Origin: Alphaproteobacteria bacterium
GTDB taxonomy: Bacteria > Pseudomonadota > Alphaproteobacteria > Bin95
DNA: 64,000 nucleotides
Assembly (NCBI GenBank): GCA_964291285.2
Contig: OZ219786.1
Coordinates: forward strand, 640,001-704,000
Direction: 5' to 3'
In this document: positions 1 through 11,300 of the stretch, piece by piece
Layout: every line of letters starts with the position of its first letter
Position numbering within the stretch: position 1 is the first letter of the stretch
The notes under the pieces: generated by a model
The model's database searches: none
What the model saw: the letters and a program-made list of their open reading frames with translations, nothing else
What the model was told of the DNA's origin: nothing
Translations under genes and position numbers: made by a program

Positions 1-52
1 TCCGCGCAAGACGCAGCCATATCGGCGGCCGACGACCTCCCGGAGCGAGGGC

Positions 53-346
53 TCAGCCCAGTCTGGAAAAGGTCTTGATGAGCCTACTCCGGGTGCTGGG
101 ATGGCCACTGGAAAGCGTCGATTTCCCCGTCTTCTTCATGACCCAGGTAGAGATGGTTGGGTTGACGTTGCCGGGGCCGGACAGACGGGGCGTCCGGTAT
201 TGGTCGCAGAGCGCGTTGTACTCGCGAAGCAGGGCCGAATCTCTCTCGATGATCTCGAACAGATCATGCACCACCTCTTCGGTGTGCCGCAGAGGCAAAC
301 GGTCAAGCGCGGCTTGGACGAGTTTGTCAATCGACGATCGGGGCAT
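53..346 (-). CDS. hypothetical protein (97 aa)
   Basis: ATG-started ORF after GAAAGGAA RBS-like sequence, protein-like composition; no family recognised. Confidence 0.5.
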   Translation of the reverse strand: MPRSSIDKLVQAALDRLPLRHTEEVVHDLFEIIERDSALLREYNALCDQYRTPRLSGPGNVNPTISTWVMKKTGKSTLSSGHPSTRSRLIKTFSRLG

Positions 347-839
347 ATCATTTCCTTTCGATATGCGCTGTCAGGGCGCCTGCCCATGGTGCAGACGGCA
401 CCGACGACCTCGCCGATGCTTGCATATATACAGTCGAAGAGAAAAATCGGCGAAGCACGGCGGTAATTTTATTCGCGATTGCGATCTTGCGCCGCAGTCT
501 GACGGTCGTGCTCGTGATCTCGAAATACGGTTCGTCACGGCCGGTGAGGGGCGTGGGGAAGAGCGCTATCCGCCTGCGGCAGCGACTGGAACCCTTTGCA
601 AATCTCTCCACCGTGGCGCAGCCGCCGTGCGGAAAACTCGTCCGGACGGAAGTGCAGTAGCAGCAAATCGACCAGAAATCCTGACTGACCGCGCATTGCG
701 CGCGTATGTCGGTCGTATATCGGTCGATCCTTATGCCGTGTTCGGGCACATGTCGGTCATGTATCGGTGAGCTAGGGACAGGCGGGGTCCTGCGGGGGCA
801 GGAGGATGACGATTCGCGTGTATCGGTGCGATACACGCG

Positions 840-1085
840 CACGCCTCGCACGCGGTCATGAATGGGGAAAGCCTGCATGTCGCCGGACTCCTGCTCGGGC
901 ATCGGCGCGCAAGCACGACAAACCGTTATGTTGACCTCGACGATGCGACCCTGGGCCAAGCTGATGAGCGGGTGGCGGAGAACATGGAGCGCAAGTTGAG
1001 ACGAGATCATCAGCGCGATTGTGCGACTTCCCCAAGACCTGAGGAAGGAAATTCCCGTGGCGAAAGGTACGGTAGATTTCGCTAG
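840..1085 (+). pseudogene. C-terminal remnant of tyrosine recombinase/integrase
   Basis: HASHAVMNGESLHVAGLLLGHRRASTTNRY resembles the catalytic tail of the integrase at 40682-41836 (THAVMNGVPVPVVSRMLGH...TLRY); N-terminal and core domains absent. Confidence 0.75.
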
Positions 1086-3099
1086 CCCGACTTCCGCAAC
1101 TCGGCTTGAGAATCGACTGATTTGACGGTTTTCCGGCGCGAGAAGTGTCGGATTTCGGTGCAGTACCTCTCGGGACCGGCTTGTAGTGCCGACCTACCCC
1201 CTTGATCGGGCTGGCGAAGATCCGGACGCTGCGCTGATGTTCGTGCGCTGCAAGAGACGCTTCAAGGACGGCAAGGAGCACCGCTACTGGAGCGTTGTGG
1301 AGAACGTCCGGGTCCACGGCGGTCGGGTTGTTCAGCGTCAGGTGCTCTATCTCGGGGAGATCAACGACAGCCAGCGAGCGGCGTGGTGCCGCTCGATCGA
1401 GGTGGTGGAGGGCAAGTCGCGATCACGGCAGATGGCGCTGTTTCCCGAGGACCGGGAGGCGCCGGCGCTGACTTGCGAAGTGGTGAAGATCGACCTCTCG
1501 CAGGTGGCGCTTCACGACCCGCGCCAGTGGGGGGCGTGCTGGCTGGCGCTGTCCTTGTGGGACCGCCTGGACCTGGACCGCTTCTGGGAAGAGCGGCTGC
1601 CGGCGAGCCGGCAAGGCACGCGGTGGCTGGACATCCTGAAGATCCAGGTCTGCTACCGGCTGATCGACCCGGGCAGCGAGTGGCGCCTTCACCGTCACTG
1701 GTATGAGCACAGCGCGCTTCGCGATCTTCTGGGTGGCGAGCGGGCGATCGCCGACGACACACTCTATCGCTGTCTCGACAAGCTGCTGGCGCACAAGCAG
1801 GGCTTCTTCTCGTTTCTGCGCGACCGCTGGGCGACGCTGTTCGAGGCGCGCTTCGACGTGCTGCTCTACGACCTGACCTCGACCTACTTCGAGAGCGATC
1901 CGCCGTTCGATGACAAGCGCCGCTTCGGCTACAGCCGGGACAAGCGGCCCGACTGCGTGCAGGTGGTGATCGCCCTGATCGTTACGCCGCAGGGCTTTCC
2001 GCTGGCCTATGAGGTGATGCCGGGCAACACCTCCGACGACACCACGCTGGCGGCGTTCCTCAAGAAGATCGAGGATCAGTATGGCCGCTCCGAGCGGGTG
2101 TGGATCATGGACCGCGGCATCCCCACCGAGGAGACGCTGGCCGCGATGCGCGAGGGCGAGGCGCCGGTGCGCTACCTGGTGGGCACGCCCAAGGGCCGGC
2201 TGACGCGGCTCGAGAAGGTGTTCCTGGGCCTGCCCTGGCAGGAGGTGCGCCAGTCCGTGACTGTCAAGCTTCTGGTCGAGGATGGCGAGCTCTACGTCCT
2301 GGTGCGCAGCGAGGGGCGGCAGGTGAAGGAACGCGGCATGCGCCGGCGCCGGCTGAAGAGGCTGTGGCGTCGATTGGCCGAGTTGCAAGGGCAGTCGAAC
2401 AGCCGGGATCAGTTGTTGCTCAAGCTCGGCGCCGCCAGGAAGGAGGCCGGCCGGGCCTGGAGCCTGGTCGACATCACCGTGCCCGGGACCGACAGCGAAC
2501 TCGCCGCCAACGGCTTCTCATTCCGCCTGCAGCGCGACCGGCTGCGCCAGGTCCGCCGCCGCGAGGGCCGTTACCTGCTGCGATCCAACATGGTCGCCGA
2601 AGACCCCGCCACGCTGTGGCATCTGTACATGCAGCTCGTCGAGATCGAGCAGGCGTTCAAGGAACTCAAGCACGACCTCGCGATCCGCCCCATCTTCCAT
2701 CAGCGCCAAGAGCGCATCGAGGCGCATATCTTCGTCTCGTTCATCGCCTACTGCCTGCTGGTGACCCTGAAGAACCTCGCCCGGCCGCACGCCCCGGGCC
2801 TCACCCCACGCGCCATCCTTGAGGCCTTCGCCACCATCCAGATGGTGGACGTCCATCTGCCAACCACCGACGGCCGGCACCTCGTCCTGCCGCGCCACAC
2901 CCGGCCGAACAAGGAGCACGAGCTACTGCTGCAACAGCTCGGCATGACCTGGCCGCAGCAACCCGCACCCCGGATCTCCGCCTGACGGCACACGGCGCCG
3001 CCTCTCCGTTCGCCGCCTTGTAGTGCCGACCCTCGGGGAGACGATCAAGGCTATTCAATGAGTTAGCATCCTCATGACCCCCGAGTTGCGGAAGTCGGG
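1086..3099 (+). mobile_element. IS1634-family insertion sequence, copy 1 (2014 bp)
   Basis: 19-bp terminal inverted repeats CCCGACTTCCGCAACTCGG; CTAG at 1082-1085 and 3100-3103; near-identical copies at 31990 and 36627. Confidence 0.93.
1237..2985 (+). CDS. IS1634-family DDE transposase
   Basis: MFVRCKRRFKDGKEHRYWSVVEN N-terminus, LYDLTSTYFE, IMDRG, IEQAFKELK motifs; ATG 1237 preferred over GTG 1186. Confidence 0.9.
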   Translation: MFVRCKRRFKDGKEHRYWSVVENVRVHGGRVVQRQVLYLGEINDSQRAAWCRSIEVVEGKSRSRQMALFPEDREAPALTCEVVKIDLSQVALHDPRQWGACWLALSLWDRLDLDRFWEERLPASRQGTRWLDILKIQVCYRLIDPGSEWRLHRHWYEHSALRDLLGGERAIADDTLYRCLDKLLAHKQGFFSFLRDRWATLFEARFDVLLYDLTSTYFESDPPFDDKRRFGYSRDKRPDCVQVVIALIVTPQGFPLAYEVMPGNTSDDTTLAAFLKKIEDQYGRSERVWIMDRGIPTEETLAAMREGEAPVRYLVGTPKGRLTRLEKVFLGLPWQEVRQSVTVKLLVEDGELYVLVRSEGRQVKERGMRRRRLKRLWRRLAELQGQSNSRDQLLLKLGAARKEAGRAWSLVDITVPGTDSELAANGFSFRLQRDRLRQVRRREGRYLLRSNMVAEDPATLWHLYMQLVEIEQAFKELKHDLAIRPIFHQRQERIEAHIFVSFIAYCLLVTLKNLARPHAPGLTPRAILEAFATIQMVDVHLPTTDGRHLVLPRHTRPNKEHELLLQQLGMTWPQQPAPRISA

Positions 3100-4929
3100 C
3101 TAGGAGAAGAGGAGTTTGGCAGACTGTATACCGGCGTCGTCCTGGAGATGTCGCCGCTGCCGGGCTTCCGGCCCGGCCGGGGGAAGCCGGGTCTGCAGCG
3201 TCTGCTCTGGCCCTGGCTGCGCGGATTCGGCGATCCGCTCGCATATGCGGGCGCCTGCGGGTTGCTCCTTGCGCTGCCGGGGATCGCCATTCCGTTGCTG
3301 CTCGCGGGCTTCGTCGACTACACACTCGAAGGTGGCGAGCAGGCTTGGGGCGCGGTGTTCGTCGGCGCGATGCTGGTGGCGTCCGCGCTCTTGTATGCGC
3401 TCACATGGTTGCAGCAACGCTGTTTGCATCGCCTGACCCTGCATGTCTCCGTGGAGCAGGCGGATCGCTTCGTCACGCGGCTCCTGCAACTCCCGATCGA
3501 CTACTTCTCGCGCCGCCAGCCCGGTGACATAGTGGCTCGCTTGAAGTCCATCGACGAGACGGCGGCCACGGCGTCGAGGGAACTTGTGGCGCTCTGCATC
3601 GAGCTGGCGATGAGTGCGCTCTTTCTTGTTCTGATGTTTGCGATGGACGGCTTGCTGGCGGCCATGGTGGCCACGCTGGCCGTCATGTGCGTGGCTCTGA
3701 TGCGCCTGCTTTCGCGATATCGAGTGGACACCAATCAGATCTGGAGCAAGGAGAAGGGCCAGCTACACGGCATCGAGATGGAGAACATCGGGCGAATCGA
3801 CTCCGCTCACGTCAAGGCACAGGAACACGATTGCCTCGCCCGGATGGGCGGGCACCAGGCGCGCGAGGTAGTCGCCCGACAACGGGTCTTCGCGCTCGGT
3901 CAAGTGATCGCGTCGTTCCCCGCGCTGTTCCAGGTGCTGGGCAGCGCGCTCGTACTGGGCTTCGGCGGCTGGCGCGTCATGGTCGGCGACATGAGTCCTG
4001 GTCTTCTGATGGGGTTCTTCCTCGTGGCGGAGAACTTTCTGCGCCCGGTGGCCCGCTTTGTGGAGTTCGCTGATCGGATGCGCGTTCTCGAAGCCGGCCT
4101 CCTGCGCGTACGCGATATCGCAGACGCCGCGCCTGACGAGGGCCAGACAACATTGCAGGACGGCACGGCTGCCCGGACGATTTCCACGATCGACGGCCGC
4201 CTGCGGACGGTCGGCCGCGTTCGCTTCGAGGACGTTACCTTCGGATACCGTCGCGGCGTGCCTCTCATCGAGAATTTCAGCCTGTCCGTCGAACCCGGCC
4301 AGCGGGTGGCCATCGTCGGGTCGAGCGGCTCCGGCAAGTCGACACTCGCCGGATTGCTCGCCGGCCTCAACCGGCCGTGGTCGGGACGCATCCTGCTCGA
4401 CGGCCATCCGCATGCCGACATTCCCAACCCCGTCCTGACCCGGTCCGTGGCAATCGTGGAGCAGCGCATCCAGCTCTTCGAGGGCAGCATTCGCGACAAC
4501 CTGACCATGTGGGACCCGACCGTGGCGGACGAAGCCATCATGGCGGCCGCCCGCGATGCGGCGATACACGACGAAATCATGGCCCGCGCAGATGGCTACG
4601 ATGCGCGTGTCGCCGAGGGAGGGCACAACTTCAGCGGCGGCCAGCGTCAACGGCTGGAAATCGCCCGCGCCCTCGTCAGCGACCCGTCCGTGTTGATCCT
4701 CGACGAAGCAACGGCGTCCCTGGATCCTGTGGTCGAACTGCGGGTGGACGACGCGTTGCGCCGTCGCGGCTGTACTTGCTTCATCGTCGCCCACCGTCTC
4801 AGCACGATCCGCGACGCCGACCTGATCGTTGTGCTCGAAAGCGGCAGGGAGGTGAAGCGCGGCTCCCACGAGCAACTGCTAGCCGAGCCCGGCGGCGCCT
4901 ACGGACGCCTGTTGGAGAGCGCGTCGTGA
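3100..4929 (+). pseudogene. NHLP-type bacteriocin export ABC transporter (peptidase/permease/ATPase type), N-terminal C39 domain lost
   Basis: TM domain plus NBD (GSSGSGKST, FSGGQRQR, ILDEAT); begins with LGEEEFGRLYTGVVLEM, resembling the tail of a C39 domain, directly at the IS end; longest ORF 3148-4929. Confidence 0.75.
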
Positions 4930-7900
4930 CGACGGCCAGGCCACGGGACGACGCCGTTGCCGTCGTCGACGCATTTCGGGAGCGGGCGACGGGAGCGGGC
5001 GAACCGGTCCGCGGCGGCGCCAACAGGATGGTCGTCCTCGACGACGCGAACGTTGTCTGGTTCGTCGAGAGCGGCTCGCTGGACGTCTTCGTTGTCGAGT
5101 ACCACGAGGCCGATGCCGCTCTTAGCGCGTCGAGACTCAAGCACGTGTTCCGGGCGGGGCCGGGAGAAGTTGCGTTCGCCTTCCTGCCCACCGAGTCCGC
5201 GTTGCGGCTCGTCGCAAAGGGTTCGGCGGACGCCCGACTGCGCCGGGTACCGGTCTCGGCCTTGCTCGACAAGGAATTTGTCAACGCGCTGTCCGGGCGA
5301 GTGGATGTGTGGGTGACGGCGCTCTGCGCGGCGGTCGTGCGCGACATCACGCTGCGCCCACGGATCGCCCGGCGCATCGAAGCTCCCGGCGAGGTGGAAC
5401 TGCCGGCGGGAGCCGTCGTGGCCGCCCGGCGCGGCGTGGCATGGATCACCTTGCCGGAAGACGGCGGAGGGGCAGCGTATCTGGACACCGAAGCGCTCGA
5501 CGGAGAGGGCCTCACGTTCGCCCCCGTTACCCGGGAAGCGTGGCTACGGCTCGGGGATCCGATCGCGCTGCCATGCGCCACCACCGAACAACTGCTGAGC
5601 AGCGGGGCTCTGTCGCGGGCTCTGGCGGATTTCCACTGTCTGATCGCGCGCGCCGAACTGTTCAACCGCCAACTGCTGTTGGCCGACGTGGCTCAGGCGC
5701 AGATGGAGTCGCGTCGCCATCAGCTTGCCAGCGAGCATGGTGCCCGGCGTGGCCTTGCCGGCCTCCTCCGACACGGTGCCGGCTGGCTGCGCGCGCGGGC
5801 GGATGCGGTTCCCGACGGTCGGCAAAGCGCGTTGGCGGCGGCACTCGCCGCCATCGGCGAGTGGGATGACATTCGATTTCGCGAACCCCGCACCGAGGGG
5901 CGGGACTCCGACACGATGCCGATGCTCGATGACATTCTGCACGCTTCCGGCGTGCGCGGCCGACGTGTCACACTGGCGGTCGAGGATCGCTGGTGGCGTG
6001 GCGACAGCGGCGCCCTGTTGGGGTTCCTGCGCGAGGGCGACGAGCCGGTGGCGCTGCTGCCGGGGCGGACGGGCGGCTACCGCATGGTGACTCATCGCGG
6101 TACCCGACGCATCGATGCCGCCGGGGCGCGGTTGCTCCACCCGCATGCGTGGACATTCCTTCGATCTTTGCCCGATGAGCGCAAGGCCACCGGCGGCGAT
6201 CTTCTGCGCACTGCCGGGACGCGTTTGGGCCTCGACCTGCTCCGCGTCTCACTGCTCGGCTTGGTAGTCGGCATGGTGTTGCTGGCTCCGGCTGTCGTGT
6301 TCGGCTTGCTGACCGACCACTTCATCCCCGCCGGCGCCGCTAGCGCGCTGCTGCAGTTGACCGCGCTGCTCGTCGTGCTGGGCGCGGCTGGCGCGGTGCT
6401 GCAAATTCTTCAGGGCACGACGATGCTGAAGCTGGAGGCGCGCATCGCCCTGCACCTCGATGCGGCGATTCAGGACCGAATGTACAAGCTGCCGCCGGCT
6501 TTCATGCGCAGATTCACAACCGGCGACCTCGCCATGCGTGCGTCCTCCTTCCGCACCCTTCGCGATCGTGTCTCGGGCATGATCCTGCAATCCCTGCTGT
6601 CCGCGGTCTTTCTGCTGCCCACATTCCTGTTCCTGTTCTTCTACGACATCGCCATGGGCTGGATCGGTCTGGCCCTGGGGGCGACCGTCCTAGCGCTCGG
6701 CGCCGTGCTCGGGTTCAGGCAGATCGAGCCTCAGCGTCGCTGGTTCGACGCGTCACGGGAGGTGGCGAGCGTACTGCGGCAGTTCCTGAACAGCATGGGA
6801 AAACTGCGAACCACCGGAGCCCAGGCGAGCGCATACACAATCTGGGCGCAACGATACCGGGAGCAGCAACGAGCGTTTGTCGACATCGGCACTTTCGACC
6901 ATCACCTGGTGGCGCTCGGCGTCGCGGCACCCGCATTCGCGGGGACGGTGCTTCTCTGGGCCGCGTGGACGCATTTCGATGGCACCACCGGTGACTTTCT
7001 CGCCATCTTTACTGCATTCATGGTCTTCAATCTGGCGATCACCCGGCTGGCAAATTCCTTCTCCGCGCTTGCCGGCGTCTGGCCGGGCGTGGACCAGGTG
7101 CGCCCGCTGCTGGAGCAGCAGCCGGACCCTCGTCTGGTGAGCGCCGAAACAACGAGCGGCAATGGCCGCGGCACGGTCGGCGGCGCGAGGAGCCGCAGCC
7201 GGCTCGCGCGATACGCGAACGCTGCGCCGGATTCCGAACCGGACACATCCACGAGAAGAGATATCGAGATCAGAGGCGGAATCGGTATCCACCACGTAAT
7301 ACCAACGGTCGTTGATTGGAACCGATAGCAGATCCTCCCTCCGCAGCTCGCCCCCTGAGCCGAGGCCTCCTACTGCAAGAGGTAATCTCCGCCGAGAGAG
7401 GCTAATCGGTTCTTATCTGTGGCCGGTGGTATAAGCTGGGGCTATGACGATGGGCCGCTGGTGCTCGAGGATGTGTCGCTGCATGCCGACCCCGGCGAGT
7501 TCATCGCCATCGTCGGCGGATCGGGCGCCGGCAAGAGCACCTTGCTGCGTCTGGCGCTCGGTCTGGCACGGCCGACATCGGGTTTCGTCAGCTATGACGG
7601 CCGGGATCTGGAGCATCTGGATGCGGTGTCGATACGGCGGCAAATCTCGGTCGTGCTGCAGGACGGCGACCTGCCGGAAGGCTCGGTGGAGGACGCGATT
7701 CTCGGGGTCTCGAACAGTCTCACCATCAACGACGCCTGGCAGGCGGCCCGCCTCGCGGCCGTCAGCGACGATATCGCCGCCATGCCGATGGGCATGCACA
7801 CCGTGATCGGATCCAGCGGGACAACGCTGTCCGGCGGCCAGGTTCAGCGCATCCAGATCGCCGCAGCGTTGGTGCGCAACCCCCACATCCTGATTCTCGA

Positions 7901-8126
7901 CGAAGCGACCAACTGGCTGGACAACCGGAAGCAGGCCGAGGTGATGCACAACATCGAACATCTGGAAATCACCCGCATCGTGGTAGCCCATCGGATGTCC
8001 ACGATTCGCCATGCCGACCGCATCTACGTACTTGAAGCGGGCAAGGTCGTTCAGCAGGGTTCCTATGGCGCCCTGGCCGACCGGGAGGGAACCTTTCGCG
8101 ATCTGATCCGGCGCCAGCTCGCTTGA
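4926..8126 (+). pseudogene. NHLP-type bacteriocin export ABC transporter permease/ATPase partner, interrupted by a 132-bp element
   Basis: GTGA overlap with upstream gene; WWRGDSGALLGF motif, TM domain, NBD (GGSGAGKST, LSGGQ, ILDEAT); removing 7300-7434 restores IGIHHV-SWGYDDGPLVL in frame. Confidence 0.85.
7300..7431 (+). mobile_element. 132-bp non-autonomous element (MITE-like), copy A
   Basis: TAA duplicated at 7297-7299 and 7432-7434; imperfect terminal inverted repeats TACCAACGG/CCGGTGGTA; 130/132 identical to the reverse complement of 25495-25626. Confidence 0.92.
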
Positions 8127-8337
8127 GCGGGCGGGCAACCGTGATCGGCAAGCCGGAACGCCCGCCGGTCATGTGACCCGGTCGAGAGCGCAGAGGGACG
8201 ATGCCGCGCCCGAGGCGCGGGGCATGCCGGATCGTGTTCCTCGTTGTTGACGGGCGGATCGTGTCCGGACGGTCCGGAGAGTCACGAATTGCCAAGGATC
8301 ACAACTGTAGTACCCGTCTACGGACCGGCCGACGCAG

Positions 8338-11300
8338 TCACGCATCCACGCCGTGCATGGATGCTACACCGGAGTTCGGGTCCGGCCGCGCCGGGAAGAT
8401 GTCCTCGAGAATCAGATAGAGGCATGGAGCAAGGAACAGGGTGGTCCCAGTGGCGAAGAGCACGCCCCAACCGAGAGAGATGGCCATCGGCACGACAAAC
8501 GAGGTGGCCGGGTTGTTGATTGTCATCAGCGGCAGCAGCCCGGCAAAGGTGGTAGCGGAAGTGATCAGAATGGGACGGAAGCGGACGATTCCGGCTGTCC
8601 GCACGGCAACGTCCACGGTCGCGCCACTGCGGCGTTGCCGGTTGATGCAGTCGAGCAGGATCAGGCTGGAGTTGACCACTACACCGGTCAGCGCGATCAG
8701 TCCGAAAATGGAGGTGATGATCAGCGGCCAGCCCATCACCAAGTGGCCGACGATGGCTCCCACCACACCGAATGGAATGACGCTCATGATGACCAGCGGC
8801 TGCACGTAGGACCGCAGCGGGATCGCGAGTAACGCGTAAATTGTCAGCAGCGCTACGGGTATGAGCCTGAGCAGGCTTCCGTATGTCGAGGCGCGCTCCT
8901 CGGATTCCCCGGCAAAGGAGTAGCTGATGCCACCATAGCGGGCCAGTACCTGCGGCAGAATTTCGGTCTCAAGACGGCGTATGACCGACTCGGGAGAAAC
9001 GACACCGCGGTCGACGTCGGCGCTCACGGTCACTACCCGCCGCCGGTCGATGCGCGAGATGCTAGAGGCGCCCCTGCCGAGTTCCACGCTCGCCACTGCG
9101 CCGAACGGTACCTCGAAACCGTCGCCCAGTCGCACGTGCATGTTTTCCAGATCGCCGAGCGAGCGGCGTTCAGCTTCGGGATAGCGCACCATGACGCGCA
9201 CGTCCTCCGCGCCACGTTGCACGCGCTGTACTTCCTCGCCGTAAAACGCCTGGCGCACCTGGCGGGCCAGCATGTCCAAGGTCACCCCGAATTGCTCGCC
9301 GTCCGGACGTAGCTGCAGTTTCGCCTCCAGCTTGCCGGACCGGAACGAGTCGGAAATATCCGCGACACCGTCCAGACGCGCCAGCTCTGCGCGCAGTTCA
9401 GCCGCCGCGCCCGCCAAATCGGCAACATTGCGCCCGAACAGACGAAACGCGATTGCGTCACCGACACTCAGATCGCTGCTCGAAAACGTGAGCCGCACGC
9501 TGTCGTAGACCGGGCCGGTGAGTTTCCGCCAGCGCCCCGCCAGATCGGTCACGGATACATCTCCGCGCAGCGACAGCGGCAGAATCGAAAGCACCACTTC
9601 AGCGGTGTGGCTTTGCGGGGCGCCTGGCGCGCCGCCCAGGACCTGGCCGACAGACGTGAAACTGTGCCGAATCAGCGACGGCAGCTCAGGGTAGGCTTCG
9701 TCAAGTTCGGCCCGCAGGGCAAGCGCGGCAGCTTCGATCTGGCGCGCCGCCCGCGCCGTTTCGTCCACATCGACACCCTCCGGCATCTCAAGTTGAGCGA
9801 CGACTCTGTCGCCCTCCACTGCAGGCATGAACTGCACGTCGATGTGTCCGCCGAGGATCCCTCCCGACGCCAGAATCAGCACGCCGACGGCGCTGGCAAG
9901 CACCAGGTGACGCCACTCCAGCACGCGGTCCAGAGCGGGGCCGTATACGTTCTGCGCAAGCCGGTCCATCGAAGAGCCGATACGCTGTTGCAATCGCTGC
10001 CAACGCCCGGAGCGTGGATTGGCGTGCGCCACTGCGCGCCTGCGGCGGTGCGCCAGATGCGCCGGGAGAATCAACTGTGATTCGACCAAACTGAAGAAGA
10101 GGCAGATGATGACAATATAGCCGATGATCGAGAACATTTTGCCGATGCTGCCGGGTGTGAACAGCATGGGCATAAATGCTGCGACGGTGGTCAGCACCCC
10201 GAAGATGACAGGTGCGGCGACCTCCTCGGTACCGTCCACGGCGGCGGCGACCGGGGCTTTGCCCGAGCGTTCGTGGGCGTATACGCGTTCGCCAACCACG
10301 ATCGCGTCGTCCACCACGATACCGAGAACCAGAATGAATGCGACCACCGAAAGCGTGCTGATGGTGATACCCAGCGGCCCGAATGTGGCCAGCGCGCCGA
10401 GAATGGCGACGGGAATGCCAGCCGCCACCCACATGGCCAGCCGGAAATCCAGCGGCAGGGCAAGCAACACCAGTACCAACGCGAGGCCACCGGCGGCCGC
10501 ACCGAGGAGAATTGCGAGGCGATCCCGCAGCGCGTCCGATTCGTCGTACCAGACCTCGAGCTGGACCCCTGCGGGCATGCCGGCACGTGCTTCCTCCACA
10601 TGCGCCCGTACCCGCCGGGCAATGTCGACCACATCCTCATTGCCGACCTGGTAGACTTTGATCATCGCCGCAGGATGACCGTCGAAGCGGGCCTGGGTGA
10701 TCCCTTCGCGAAATCCGTCGACGATGTTCGCGATCTCGTGCAGACGCAAGCGCGTGCCGTCCTGCCCGGACACCACCACTACACCGCGCAGATCATCGCC
10801 TCGGTACGCCTGCCCCTGGGTCCGCAGCCGGATTTCGCCGCCACCCGACCGGATCGCGCCGCCCGGCAGATCCAGCGAGGCTCGCTGAACCGCGGCAGCG
10901 ATCTGGTCGAACGTCAACCCGTGGCGCCGCAAGGTCTGCTCGGACACCTCGACGGAAATTTCGTCGCCGCGCACATAGAGCAGTTCGACCTGCGAGATTC
11001 CGTCGATCGAGGCAATTCCATCGCGCACTCCCTGAGCGAGCTCCTTGAGCGTGCGTTCGTCCGCGTGGCCGTAAATGGCGATCTCCAGCGCGGTCGTTCT
11101 CAGCGTCTGCCGCTGCACGATCGGCCTTTTCGCTTCCGCGGGAAACGTGGATATGGAAGCCACCCGCGTCTTCACTTCGTCGGCGACGCGTGCGGCGTCG
11201 GCGGAGGCCGACAGCGTCAGGGTCACGGTGCATATTCCTTCGCTGGAAACGGACTCCATCCGCTCGATCCCCTGCGCGCCTTCGAGCGTTTCCTCGATTC

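Noticed and set aside
348-830. ORFs 75-770 and 348-1010 as genes
   Set aside because: No recognisable motifs; probably degraded island sequence
7300-7431. 132-bp element as a group I/II intron, tRNA or CRISPR unit
   Set aside because: Too short, no recognisable catalytic core or cloverleaf, and it has inverted ends plus a target duplication typical of transposition
8201-8225. GC hairpin between the convergent ABC and RND genes as a terminator
   Set aside because: Stem is present but there is no U-tract on either strand
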